From a virus (taxonomy: Duplodnaviria > Caudoviricetes): DNA of 61,355 nucleotides. The position numbers were made by a program, and so were the translations under genes. Of the stretch, positions 10,428-20,328 are shown piece after piece (positions within the stretch are counted from its first letter, which is position 1; each line of letters starts with the position of its first letter). The DNA lies in the IMG/VR virus record IMGVR_UViG_3300025115_000011, positions 1 through 61,355 of that record, one strand, 5' to 3'. The notes beneath the pieces are model-generated. The model searched no databases. It saw nothing but the letters and a program-made list of their open reading frames with translations, and was not told the DNA's origin.

Positions 10428-10544
10428 ATGCCTGGACCAATTATTGATAAAAGAAAAATAGGTCATCCTAATGTAGCATGTAAAGGTAAAACATGGAAGT
10501 TGATTGACGGGAAGCGTGTTTGGTTCGATAAAATCGATAAATAA
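10428..10544 (+). pseudogene. 38-aa remnant of a homing-endonuclease C-terminal DNA-binding tail
   Basis: Manual translation MPGPIIDKRKIGHPNVACKGKTWKLIDGKRVWFDKIDK. Confidence 0.45.
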
Positions 10545-10570
10545 CAGGTAGAAGGCAAAAGGAAAACAAA

Positions 10571-12139
10571 ATGGCAATAACGCAGATCAGCCGAATAATG
10601 CACCGTCATGGTTACCATGAAAATTTACCTCAATTAGCAACTGCTGAGTTAGGTTGGTGCTTAGATACCAAACAACTTTTTATCGGCAACGGAACAATTG
10701 AAGAAGGTGCACCTAATTTAGGTAACACTGAGATCCTAACTGAGTATAGCGACATCTTTGCACTTCGCGGTACATATACATACAAGGGCGAACGCGGCAC
10801 ATACACCGTTCAAACAGGAGCAACTGCTCTTTCTTCTATTTCGAGAGCATTAGGTGACAAATTAGACGACTATGTGTCGGTTAGAGACTTTGGTGCAGTC
10901 GGTGACGGTATCACAGACGACACCGCAGCAATTAATCGTGCAATTGCTAATCTATATAAGTCAAATTTAATTGGGTCACAACCTTTAGTTCGCCGCACCT
11001 TGTTTTTCCCAACAGGGCATTATATTACTTCTGGTGTTATTAATTTATTACCATTTGTTACAATCAGAGGCGAAGGGAAAGATGCTACAATAATTCGTGC
11101 AACTAGCCCATTAGCTCAATCAGTTATGCGAAACGTTGACGCCAATGGCCAGTTCGGAATCAACAACGGTATTAACGGCACTACATCGTCTCAGTACAAC
11201 GAAGTAACGGATTTAACTATGATTCATATGAGTGAGAGAGATATTTTAAGTATCGACTCACTTAACAGCATTCTATTAAGACGAGTTGGCTTTGTTGGTC
11301 CTCTTGTAATGCCGTTAGTTGCAGGGTCAGCAATTGCAGGTATTAGACTTAAATCGTCGGCGTTTACTACTAAAAACGTAGTAATCGACGAATGTGTATT
11401 TTCTAATTTAGCATATGGTGCAATAGTCGAGGATAACTCAACATCAATTACTATTAACAAAGCAAAACTAACTGAGTTATATCAGGGCGTTCGTATTACT
11501 AACGGATCGCATATTAGCGTAACCCAAAGTTATTTCGACTTAGTATCAGCACACGGCATCATTGGAGTAGGCAACTCAACAAGTGTTGTTAGTTCACATA
11601 ACTATTTCGCAGACGTTGGTAATACAATGACTGGTACCCAAGCAGACCCGTTACTTGGTGTAGTACCTGCAACAGCAGCGGTGGATTTTGCAAACAGCAA
11701 TTGTTTTAGTATTGCTGATGGTTTTGCAAGAACCGACGTTGCTGAAGAAGTAGTCCCATCTATTAACCTAAATAGAAAACAAAGTGCTTCTTTAGGTAAG
11801 AATGCTGAGTTAGTGTTAGGAACAAAAACACAGTATGCAGGAACTGAAGTAACGTTAGACGATAATGTTCTTTCTATGCTGTATATCGATACTCCTAAGG
11901 TATCAACCAATGCGGTGTTCCAGTATACCATTACAAGAGGTAATACGTCGAGGGTTGGTACGTTAAGAATTACTAAGGTCGGCTTTGATGTAGTATACGA
12001 TGACGAGTACACCGAAATGTCTGATGTAGGGGTTACCCTTATTCCGATCGAAGACGGCGGATATGTATCATTGAACTACACTTCAACATTAACCAACGAA
12101 GCACCTGTTTTTAACTATACATTGCACATTTTAAAGTAA
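10571..12139 (+). CDS. Tail fibre/tailspike-like protein with pectate-lyase-like beta-helix
   Basis: VSVRDFGAVGDGITDDTAAI motif; N-terminal LPQLATAELGW...LFIGNG. Confidence 0.8.
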   Translation: MAITQISRIMHRHGYHENLPQLATAELGWCLDTKQLFIGNGTIEEGAPNLGNTEILTEYSDIFALRGTYTYKGERGTYTVQTGATALSSISRALGDKLDDYVSVRDFGAVGDGITDDTAAINRAIANLYKSNLIGSQPLVRRTLFFPTGHYITSGVINLLPFVTIRGEGKDATIIRATSPLAQSVMRNVDANGQFGINNGINGTTSSQYNEVTDLTMIHMSERDILSIDSLNSILLRRVGFVGPLVMPLVAGSAIAGIRLKSSAFTTKNVVIDECVFSNLAYGAIVEDNSTSITINKAKLTELYQGVRITNGSHISVTQSYFDLVSAHGIIGVGNSTSVVSSHNYFADVGNTMTGTQADPLLGVVPATAAVDFANSNCFSIADGFARTDVAEEVVPSINLNRKQSASLGKNAELVLGTKTQYAGTEVTLDDNVLSMLYIDTPKVSTNAVFQYTITRGNTSRVGTLRITKVGFDVVYDDEYTEMSDVGVTLIPIEDGGYVSLNYTSTLTNEAPVFNYTLHILK

Positions 12140-12140
12140 T

Positions 12141-12578
12141 ATGTGGGCTGGACAGCCAGAAGAACGCTTAACTGCGTGGAAGGCTTTTAGAAAAAGCCTG
12201 TCGGGTAACAATGTCGTTGATGTACTAGATGACGTTGCACAGAAATGGGCAGATGTTCCATTTGTTCCTTACTATTTGGATATTAATGACATTAGTTCCT
12301 GGCCTGACCCATGGACATTAATCCACGAAAATCAGTATTGCAATCTTGCAAAAGGGTTAGGGATGTTTTATACTCTATATTACAGTGATTTTAAAAATAG
12401 CAATACCGTTTCCTTCTCAGTATACAAAGATGATATTGGATATGAGTACGGATTAGTTATTGTTAATAACGAACACATTTTAAATCACACCGATCGTGAG
12501 ATTGTAAATACACAACGCATAGAGCAATCGCTAAAGTTAGTAAAAGAATTTTCCAAGCAAGACTTAAAAATCGAATAA
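12141..12578 (+). CDS. Hypothetical protein
   Basis: 145-aa ORF. Confidence 0.7.
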   Translation: MWAGQPEERLTAWKAFRKSLSGNNVVDVLDDVAQKWADVPFVPYYLDINDISSWPDPWTLIHENQYCNLAKGLGMFYTLYYSDFKNSNTVSFSVYKDDIGYEYGLVIVNNEHILNHTDREIVNTQRIEQSLKLVKEFSKQDLKIE

Positions 12579-12590
12579 TAAGAGGTATTA

Positions 12591-14114
12591 ATGAGTAACA
12601 TTCAAGTTATCAAGAGGGACGGTGTACACGCACCTCTTGACTTAGTTAAGTGGCAAGCCCAAGTTGCAAAAGTGTGTAAGGGGATCGCCGACGTCAGTCA
12701 GTCAATGATTGAAATTAAAGCGCAACCACACTTCTTTAACGGTATCACTACTAAAGAAATCGACGAAATTACATTACGGGCTATAGTAGACTTAATAGAC
12801 GTTGAGTCTAATCCAGAATTAGGCCATGTAAATTATCAGTTTGTAGCAGGGAAGCAACGATTATCTATGTTGCGTAAGGATGTTTACGGTGATTACAAAC
12901 CGCCTCGTTTATACGAGATCATTAAAAAGAATGTTGCTACTGGTTTATATACCCCAGAGCTTCTTACTTGGTACACAGAAGAAGAATGGGATAAGATGGA
13001 AACCTTTGTTGAACACGACAAAGACGAAAACTACACTTATGCAGCCATTGAACAATTAATTGAAAAGTATCTTGTTCGAAATCGTGCAACTAAAGAAATC
13101 TACGAAACTCCTCAAGTTCGATATATTGTAGCAGCAGCAACGGTATTCCATATGGAAGAGCCACAGTCGGCTCGCATGAAGTATATTAAAGATTACTATC
13201 AATGTGCGTCGGACGGTATGTTTACCTTAGCAACACCTGTTCTCGCTGGATTAGGCACACCGACAAAGCAGTTCAGTTCTTGCGTTTTAATTAAGGCAGA
13301 TGATAATCTGGACTCTATATTCGCAGCAGGTGAAATGATGGCCAAATATGCCTCGAAACGAGCCGGAATCGGCCTTGAAATTGGTCGTTTACGACCCTTA
13401 GGTGCCTCGATTCGAGGCGGTGAAGTCATGCATACAGGTATGATACCTTTTTTAAAGAAATGGTTCGGAGATTTACGGTCTTGTTCGCAAGGCGGAATTC
13501 GTAACGCAAGTGCTACAGTTTTTTACCCAATTTGGCATTATCAATTTGACGACTTAATTGTCCTTAAGAATAACCAAGGCACAGAAGAGACCCGAGTCCG
13601 GCACATGGATTACGGGGTTGTGCTTAACGCAATGTTCTGGCGAAGATTTAAAAATAAAGAAAACATTACTTTCTTTGACCCGAACGAGGTTCCAGATTTG
13701 TATGAAGCATTTTATCAGAATACAGCATTGTTTGAAGAGTTGTATGTTCGTTATGAGAAACGCAAGGACCTACGCACAAAAACTATGCCAGCTGAGGAGG
13801 TGTTTAAGAGCGGCATTTTAAAGGAACGGTCCGACACGGGACGCATATATCTAACCTTTATCGACAATGCGATGAACCAAGGTCCTTTCGATCCTACAGT
13901 TCATACAATTTACCAGAGCAATCTGTGTGAAGAGATCTTGCTTCCTACAAAGCCATTTAGATCGCTAGATGACGAAGGCGAGTTTACCTTGTTATTAGAC
14001 GACGGCCAAGAAATTGTATTGCCTGGCCAGCATAAAGTTTTACTTTTTAACGGAGAAAAAAAGAAAGTTAGGGAATTAACAGAAGACGACGATATTAAGG
14101 ATTTGCTGGTTTGA
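12591..14114 (+). CDS. nrdA: Ribonucleotide reductase class Ia alpha, N-terminal fragment (NrdA-a), ending in an intein-like tail
   Basis: ATP cone VIKRDG, TPVLAG, FSSC, SCSQGG, QSNLCEEI (radical Cys); then about 44 non-RNR residues and a stop. Confidence 0.95.
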   Translation: MSNIQVIKRDGVHAPLDLVKWQAQVAKVCKGIADVSQSMIEIKAQPHFFNGITTKEIDEITLRAIVDLIDVESNPELGHVNYQFVAGKQRLSMLRKDVYGDYKPPRLYEIIKKNVATGLYTPELLTWYTEEEWDKMETFVEHDKDENYTYAAIEQLIEKYLVRNRATKEIYETPQVRYIVAAATVFHMEEPQSARMKYIKDYYQCASDGMFTLATPVLAGLGTPTKQFSSCVLIKADDNLDSIFAAGEMMAKYASKRAGIGLEIGRLRPLGASIRGGEVMHTGMIPFLKKWFGDLRSCSQGGIRNASATVFYPIWHYQFDDLIVLKNNQGTEETRVRHMDYGVVLNAMFWRRFKNKENITFFDPNEVPDLYEAFYQNTALFEELYVRYEKRKDLRTKTMPAEEVFKSGILKERSDTGRIYLTFIDNAMNQGPFDPTVHTIYQSNLCEEILLPTKPFRSLDDEGEFTLLLDDGQEIVLPGQHKVLLFNGEKKKVRELTEDDDIKDLLV

Positions 14115-15186
14115 CTACTCGAATTTTGCCCGGAGTTAAATTTAAAGTTCTTCCTTCGGATTCAGGTAACCTATAATTTTTTATGCCATCATTGAACCAC
14201 TTTTTACCTGTGATGTATGAAACATCCTTGTGTCCAGAGCAGAATGATAATTGCGATTTGCCTTCGGGAGAGAGTATAACACCAGGATGTAATGATAGTT
14301 TATTAATCAAAGGATCATTGGGTAATAGTGTAAAGTTTCTTACCCCGTCGTTGAATCTCAGTTTTCCTTTTTGTCTCGATGAATTTTTTATGTTATCTTC
14401 TAAGGATCTAGCCCAAGAAGCACCGTTTTTTATCCTAGATAAGCTATCAGCGGACAATAACCGCCCTGGAACTAACTTTAGGTCATTTATTTTTGAATCA
14501 GTCGGTTTGAGTTTAAACGATCTAATGCCGTTGTTAAACCATAATCGCCCTGCTCGGTTTTCTGATAATGATTTTAGTGATTCGGGTGAATATTGTTTTG
14601 ACCTATTTTTTCCTGGACTGCCCGGAGTTAACCCCAACGAGGAAATAATGGGGTCAGATTCGTACAGCATAAAAAATTTAATGCCATCTGTAAACCATTT
14701 CTTTCCCTTTGCCGGCGACTCTAAGGTCAAATTGAATTCTTTTACTCTAGGGGATGTTTGATGACACCTATATCTAGTGCCGTCCTCGTCGACATACCAG
14801 GATGTTCCTTTAACTTTAGAAGAAACGAGCGAGTTCCATTGCACCAACGTCTCTTTTCTAACCTTTTTAGATTGTTCAAATTGTGTCGAGGTAAGAAGTT
14901 TTCTGTAAGAGTTAGACTGACTAGAAACACTCATACAGCCAAATGCAAACCTGAGTTTATACCAAACATCGTTAAGGCCAACTTTAGACAACATCCAGTG
15001 TGCAATAAAATGTTCACGAACGGTAAGTTCGATCAAATTAGTTGCAGAATTGTCGCCACCGGCACATTTAGGGATAATATGATGAATTTCTATAATAGAA
15101 TTTGTTGGAACGATTCTATTAGACCGAGACTGTATAAATTTAATGTAGCGTCGCCAGTAAACAGAACCAGTATTAATTTTATGCAT
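14095..15186 (-). mobile_element. HNH homing endonuclease inserted antisense within nrdA, with five repeated C-terminal modules
   Basis: EIHHIIPKCAGG...NLIELTVREHFIAH; repeats of the type KGKKWFxDGIxxFxL...L.PG. Confidence 0.9.
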
Positions 15187-15202
15187 TGTGCACCCTAAGA
15201 TG

Positions 15203-15218
15203 TATAAATATATTTATA
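15203..15218. promoter_or_regulatory. Perfect palindromic double late promoter TATAAATA-TATTTATA
   Basis: Exact T4 late consensus on both strands, between the HNH start (15186,-) and the nrdA-b start (15234,+). Confidence 0.7.
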
Positions 15219-15233
15219 TGAAATGGTACAAGA

Positions 15234-16208
15234 ATGAAGATAATTAAAAAAGAATGCACTCGTGATGTGCCAAAAATAGCGTTATGCACCTTAGGTAGTA
15301 TTAATTGGGGGATGTTCAGACACCCAGACGACATGCGTCGTGTTTGCCGTGTGCTACATCGCAGTTTGAATAACATATTAGACTACCAAGACTTCCTTAG
15401 CATTCAATCTAAGTTAAGTAATGATGAAATCCGTCCGTTAGGTATCGGGGTTACTAACCTTGCATACTGGCACGCTAAACGTAATTTGAAGTACGGTGAG
15501 AAAGAAGCACTTGCTGAAGTAAAGACATGGATGGAACATCAAGCGTTTTACTTAACTGAAGCTAACGTAGAACTTGCTAAAGAACGAGGTGCTTGCTTAG
15601 ATAGCAGCAAAACACGGTACGGACAAGGGATTTTCCCATGGGAGCGTAGAGCTAAAGGGGTTAACGACTTAGTAGACTTTACTACAGACTCAGATTTGGA
15701 TTGGGAAGGTCTTCGTGAGAAGATGAAAGAGTTTGGAGTTCGCAATGCGACTACGATGGCAATTGCCCCAGTTGAATCGAGTTCAGTTGTTATTAACTCA
15801 ACAAACGGTATTGAGATGCCAATGTCCTTAATTTCGGTTAAAGAATCGAAAGCAGGGTCACTGGTACAAGTGGTTCCAGAATACCAAAAATTAAAGAACA
15901 AGTACCAATTGATGTGGGACCAAAAAGACTGTGCAGAGTATCTTAAAACTGCTGCGGTGTTAGCAGCATACGTAGACCAATCTATTTCGACTAATACGTT
16001 TTACAATCCGGTGTTCTTTCCAGAGAAAAAAATACCATCAACATTAATTGCAAAAAACTTAATGCTTTTCCATTATTGGGGAGGAAAAACGATTTATTAC
16101 TCACTCATAAATAAAAAAGGTGCTAAAGTAGTAAGCGAAGAGTCGACGGTTAGTTCAACTAACATTGAGCAGATGGATAATGACTCCTGCGAATCGTGCA
16201 AGTTATGA
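15234..16208 (+). CDS. nrdA: Ribonucleotide reductase alpha, C-terminal fragment (NrdA-b)
   Basis: IALCTLGSIN (second redox Cys), RPLGIG, MAIAPVESSS, DQSIS, KTIYY, C-terminal CESC. Confidence 0.95.
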   Translation: MKIIKKECTRDVPKIALCTLGSINWGMFRHPDDMRRVCRVLHRSLNNILDYQDFLSIQSKLSNDEIRPLGIGVTNLAYWHAKRNLKYGEKEALAEVKTWMEHQAFYLTEANVELAKERGACLDSSKTRYGQGIFPWERRAKGVNDLVDFTTDSDLDWEGLREKMKEFGVRNATTMAIAPVESSSVVINSTNGIEMPMSLISVKESKAGSLVQVVPEYQKLKNKYQLMWDQKDCAEYLKTAAVLAAYVDQSISTNTFYNPVFFPEKKIPSTLIAKNLMLFHYWGGKTIYYSLINKKGAKVVSEESTVSSTNIEQMDNDSCESCKL

Positions 16209-16253
16209 TTAATAAATAGTAATACTATTGTTTATTATATAAATAATATTACT

Positions 16254-17006
16254 ATGGATTACAAGAAACATTACACGTTACTAATTGAGAGAAGTAAAAC
16301 TAGGGTACTCTCGGGGTATACAGAAAAACACCATATTATACCGAGATGCTTAGGTGGAACAAACGATTTAAGTAACATTGCGCTTTTAACTCCGGAAGAA
16401 CATTTTTTAGCACATCAACTGTTAGTGAAAATGTATCCAACTAGTCCTCCTCTAGCAAATGCGGTTGCAATAATGACAACCCATAATTCGTTAAACCGAG
16501 TTAACAACAAGCTCTTTGGATGGTTAAGAAGAAGATGTTCAGAGTATAGAAAACAGTGGTTAGAAGAAAATGGTCATCCGAAAGGGATGTTAGGTAAAAA
16601 ACACACAGAAGAGAAGAAAAAACAAATATCTGAGTCAGCAAAAAAGGCAATGGTTGACGCAGTAGGAGTAAAAGTGTATGCTTATAACTTAGATGGGTCA
16701 TTTTTTAAAGAGTATTCTACATTAACAGAGTGCGCCTTAGAGTTAAAAACTAATCCATCTAATGTTAAATACACCGCTGAAGGCAAATTTGGGTTTTGCA
16801 AAGGGAAGCAGCTTCGGCATACATTTAGTGAAAGAATTTCTCCTTATGTAAAACCGGTGCATCCTTTAAAAGGAAAGAAAAAAACAAAAGAACATATTGA
16901 AAACTTAAAAAAATCGATGGCGCATCGACCAAAAAGAACACCCGAACAGAATGCACAGCACAGTTTAAAAATGAAAGAATATCACGCAAGAAATAAATTA
17001 AAATGA
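16254..17006 (+). mobile_element. Free-standing HNH homing endonuclease (MobE-like position between nrdA and nrdB) with NUMOD3/NUMOD1-like domains
   Basis: EKHHIIPRCLGG...LTPEEHFLAH; GKKHTEE; VYAYNLDG. Confidence 0.85.
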
Positions 17007-17227
17007 ACACTTTACCCGAAACAGAATTTGTATTAGTTAGAAACAAAAGAGAAGAAAATGCAGTTGATGCATTTGGTCAAAATTATTCTTGTCATGTTCA
17101 AATCGTCAGGAACAATGGAAAATTTGACTTTAGCGACTTTCGTTATTTAAGGATGAGCAATAAGGGAAGTTATGAAGAATGGGTGCATAAGGACGAATTA
17201 GACATGTATCAGAAGGCGGCACTATGA
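17003..17227 (+). CDS. Hypothetical protein
   Basis: 74 aa, overlaps both neighbours by 4 nt. Confidence 0.55.
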   Translation: MNTLPETEFVLVRNKREENAVDAFGQNYSCHVQIVRNNGKFDFSDFRYLRMSNKGSYEEWVHKDELDMYQKAAL

Positions 17228-18324
17228 GTTTATCACAATACGATTTTAAGAAGCCAACAAACTACCTAAAGCGTAGGATGTTCCTGGACCCAGAAGGTCC
17301 TGTAACAGTTCAACGGTTTGAAGAATTTCGTCATCCTAAGTTGTCAGCAATGGAGACTACTGCACGAGGGTTCTTTTGGCAACCAGAGGAAATCAACCTT
17401 ACAAAAGATGCAGCAGATTTTAAAGAAGCAAGCGATGCAGTAAAGCACATCTTTACTAGCAACCTGTTACGACAGACAGCACTAGACTCGTTGCAAGGTC
17501 GAGCACCAACACAAATTTTCTTGCCTGTAGTAAGTCTACCAGAACTCGAAGCACTTGTTTTAACATGGGGCTTTTTCGAATCATGCATACACAGCCGTTC
17601 TTATAGTCACATCATCCGTAATATCTATAATGTACCTAAGGACGAGTTTAACAAAATCCACGACAATGAAGCCATTGTTAAAATGGCGTCAACAGTTGGG
17701 AAATACTACGACAATTTGTATGTGCTAAATTGTAAACGAGAGGTTGGGATTGATGTTCCTATCTACGAACATAAGAAAGCAATTTGGATGGCAATGCATG
17801 CCAGCTATGCACTAGAAGCATTACGTTTTATGGTATCGTTTGCTACTTCTCTTGCAATGGTAGAGAACAAAATCTTTATGGGCAATGGTAATATCATTAG
17901 TCTTATTTTACAAGATGAGTTACTGCACACTGAATGGACTGCGTATATCCTTAACAATATGGTTAAGGAAGATCCGGACTATGGGATTATAAAAGAAGAA
18001 ACAAAAGACGAAGTGTATGGATTATACATGGACGTTATCCGTGAGGAAAAAGAATGGGCAGACTACCTGTTCCAAAAAGGGCCGGTTATTGGTCTTAACG
18101 CAAACATCCTGCGAGATTTTGTTGATTACATGGCGTTAACCAAATTGAAGGAAATTGGTATTAAGTATATGGAACCTGCTCCAAAGACAACTCCGATTCC
18201 ATGGTTTAACAAGCATGTCTCAACAGATAAAAAGCAAACAGCATTACAAGAATCAGAGTCAACATCGTATGTTATTGGGGTTATGACATCTGAAATTAGT
18301 TACGAAGATTTACCGGAGATTTAA
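17224..18324 (+). CDS. nrdB: Ribonucleotide reductase class Ia beta subunit
   Basis: FWQPEE, ESCIHSRSY (radical Tyr), LEALRF, DELLH di-iron ligands. Confidence 0.95.
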   Translation: MSLSQYDFKKPTNYLKRRMFLDPEGPVTVQRFEEFRHPKLSAMETTARGFFWQPEEINLTKDAADFKEASDAVKHIFTSNLLRQTALDSLQGRAPTQIFLPVVSLPELEALVLTWGFFESCIHSRSYSHIIRNIYNVPKDEFNKIHDNEAIVKMASTVGKYYDNLYVLNCKREVGIDVPIYEHKKAIWMAMHASYALEALRFMVSFATSLAMVENKIFMGNGNIISLILQDELLHTEWTAYILNNMVKEDPDYGIIKEETKDEVYGLYMDVIREEKEWADYLFQKGPVIGLNANILRDFVDYMALTKLKEIGIKYMEPAPKTTPIPWFNKHVSTDKKQTALQESESTSYVIGVMTSEISYEDLPEI

Positions 18325-18325
18325 A

Positions 18326-18580
18326 ATGATTAGGATTTTTAGCAAGGCAAACTGCCCTTTTTGTGATAAAGCAAAAGCGTACTTAAAGATGAAGGGCCTC
18401 CAGTTTGAAGAAGTGCGAGTAGACTTAGATCTTGCTGCTAAAGAGTTCCTAGTAGCACAAGGTCATAGATCTGTACCACAATTGTATATAGGAGAAACTT
18501 TGTTGGTCGAGGGTGGCTATCAAGGGTTAGCAAAATTAACAGAAGACGAACTTAAAGGAAAATTACATGCTGTTGAATAA
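18326..18580 (+). CDS. Glutaredoxin
   Basis: CPFC, SVPQ and GGY motifs, downstream of nrdB. Confidence 0.9.
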   Translation: MIRIFSKANCPFCDKAKAYLKMKGLQFEEVRVDLDLAAKEFLVAQGHRSVPQLYIGETLLVEGGYQGLAKLTEDELKGKLHAVE

Positions 18581-18866
18581 ATCAACGACAATTGATATTG
18601 AGGCCGTGATGTGTTTTAAGTTAGTAAACGGCGATGAAATGATTGCTAAGGTAGTAGATGTAAATGCCGATGAGGTAACGGTTTCTAAGCCGTTAACTCT
18701 TATACCAAGCCCACAAGGTATGGCAATGGTGCAATCGTTATTTGCTGCCAATTTAGACAAACCCATTCCTATTCGTAGATCTAACATTATGATGTATGGT
18801 TATCCCCGAGAAGATGTTGAGAAAGGATACCTCGAAACAACATCTGGTATTCAACTAGTTAGGTAA
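18567..18866 (+). CDS. Small Sm-like/beta-barrel phage protein
   Basis: FKLVNGDEMIAKV pattern. Confidence 0.6.
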   Translation: MLLNKSTTIDIEAVMCFKLVNGDEMIAKVVDVNADEVTVSKPLTLIPSPQGMAMVQSLFAANLDKPIPIRRSNIMMYGYPREDVEKGYLETTSGIQLVR

Positions 18867-18870
18867 AATA

Positions 18871-19353
18871 GTGGGGATAACATTTTCTCCAGAATCTGGC
18901 ACTATCACAGTAAATGAGTCACAAGATTTTACTCAGACAGTAGTTTGCACAGACGACACCGATACTGCGCCGCCAGATCTGTTGCCGGAAGAAGGATGGG
19001 AATCACCTACTGTTCTTCCGGTTATTATTGTTTCTGTACAGACTAATTTTGCAGAGGTTGTTTTTTCGGACAACACGTTTACTATTAACGGTCCGATCAC
19101 CGGTGTATTTGAAAAAATGTTGGAATATCTGGATGCGACTAACAGTCCCCAGATGGTGCTTGAATTTGAAGATATAGCAGAGGATTTTAACTCGTTGTTT
19201 AAATATGTTGCTCCGTCTATAACTACTAAAAGTGTGTTTATTACTATAAATTTTAGGCATCATGGAACACATCAGTATGAAATTATTGTTAACTTTGATC
19301 GTGACATAGCTAACACCAAACTAGTTGAAAACGTAAAGAAAGGCAAATTTTAA
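18871..19353 (+). CDS. Hypothetical, probably structural, protein
   Basis: 160 aa, directly upstream of the PAAR gene. Confidence 0.6.
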   Translation: MGITFSPESGTITVNESQDFTQTVVCTDDTDTAPPDLLPEEGWESPTVLPVIIVSVQTNFAEVVFSDNTFTINGPITGVFEKMLEYLDATNSPQMVLEFEDIAEDFNSLFKYVAPSITTKSVFITINFRHHGTHQYEIIVNFDRDIANTKLVENVKKGKF

Positions 19354-20327
19354 TGCCGGCAGCAACAAGAAAAGGGGTAGATGCAACTGGCGGGCATTCG
19401 TGCTTTCCACCACAACTTCCAACACAAGGTTCGCCGGACGTAATTACTAACGGTCAACCGCAGGTTCGTGTTGGCGACACTTATGCAAACCATGCTTGCC
19501 CATCGTCGCCGGAACATATCGAAACTCCAAAAGCATCTATTGGCTCGTCGACGGTTATAGTTAATGGCCAACCGTTGCATCGAATTGGCGATGCAATTTC
19601 GTGCGGTGACGTATCCGCTGCCGGTTCCCCAAACGTTTTTGTTGGGGACTTTGTTGGGGTGTTACCTCCAGAATACTCAGAAGAAGCCACTTTTGAGATA
19701 CGAAAAGAAGCTGGTCGCGAAGCACCGTTAGATGACCCCGAAACAATTATCTATGTCCCGTCAACCTTCCCCCCGGATAATGCGCCTGCACCATCTCCGG
19801 TACCAGTCGAAGAACCAGTGGTTGAGACTGAAAAAACAACAATTTCTACAACTTGCTTCGGCGGTGAAATTGTTATATCAGACTCACTAATCCTAACCCC
19901 GAACTTTACATTGGGGTCATTAAGTTCGCAAACCTTATTCAAACACAAGGTTCGTGACCAAGCTGGTTTTACGCTGCCTGATATTGTGTGTAACTTGAAA
20001 GCAGTTGCAGAAAATATTTTAGAACCATTATTACTTAAATACCCTAACATTCGTATCAACTCTGGTTTCCGTACAGTTACCTCTGGAAAGTCACAACACG
20101 AAAAAGGGATGGCAGTCGATTTGCAATGGCCTGGCTTGGCACCTTCTGGATATATGCCGATTGCAAAATGGTGCGTTGACCATCTACCCTTCGACCAAAT
20201 TATTTTTGAACACGGAAACACTATTTGGTTGCATATCAGTTATAACAGAATTGCAGCAAACCAACGTGGCAAAGTAATGACTATGTTCCGCGGTGGATAC
20301 GAGCCAGGATTAAAGTTATACTATTAA
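19353..20327 (+). CDS. PAAR (gp5.4-like spike tip) fused to peptidase M15 peptidoglycan hydrolase
   Basis: MPAATR.GD...GSPDVITNGQPQVRVGD...GSSTVIVNGQPLHRIGD; Pro/Glu linker; SGFR...SQHEKGMAVD...LHIS. Confidence 0.85.
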   Translation: MPAATRKGVDATGGHSCFPPQLPTQGSPDVITNGQPQVRVGDTYANHACPSSPEHIETPKASIGSSTVIVNGQPLHRIGDAISCGDVSAAGSPNVFVGDFVGVLPPEYSEEATFEIRKEAGREAPLDDPETIIYVPSTFPPDNAPAPSPVPVEEPVVETEKTTISTTCFGGEIVISDSLILTPNFTLGSLSSQTLFKHKVRDQAGFTLPDIVCNLKAVAENILEPLLLKYPNIRINSGFRTVTSGKSQHEKGMAVDLQWPGLAPSGYMPIAKWCVDHLPFDQIIFEHGNTIWLHISYNRIAANQRGKVMTMFRGGYEPGLKLYY

Positions 20328-20328
20328 G

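Noticed and set aside
14183-15198. Plus-strand ORFs 14183-14761 and 14758-15198
   Set aside because: Shadows of the antisense HNH gene with no recognisable motifs.
14095-15233. Group I intron or functional intein interrupting nrdA
   Set aside because: The insert is almost entirely an antisense ORF with no room for an intron core; the tails lack Cys1, terminal Asn and a +1 nucleophile.
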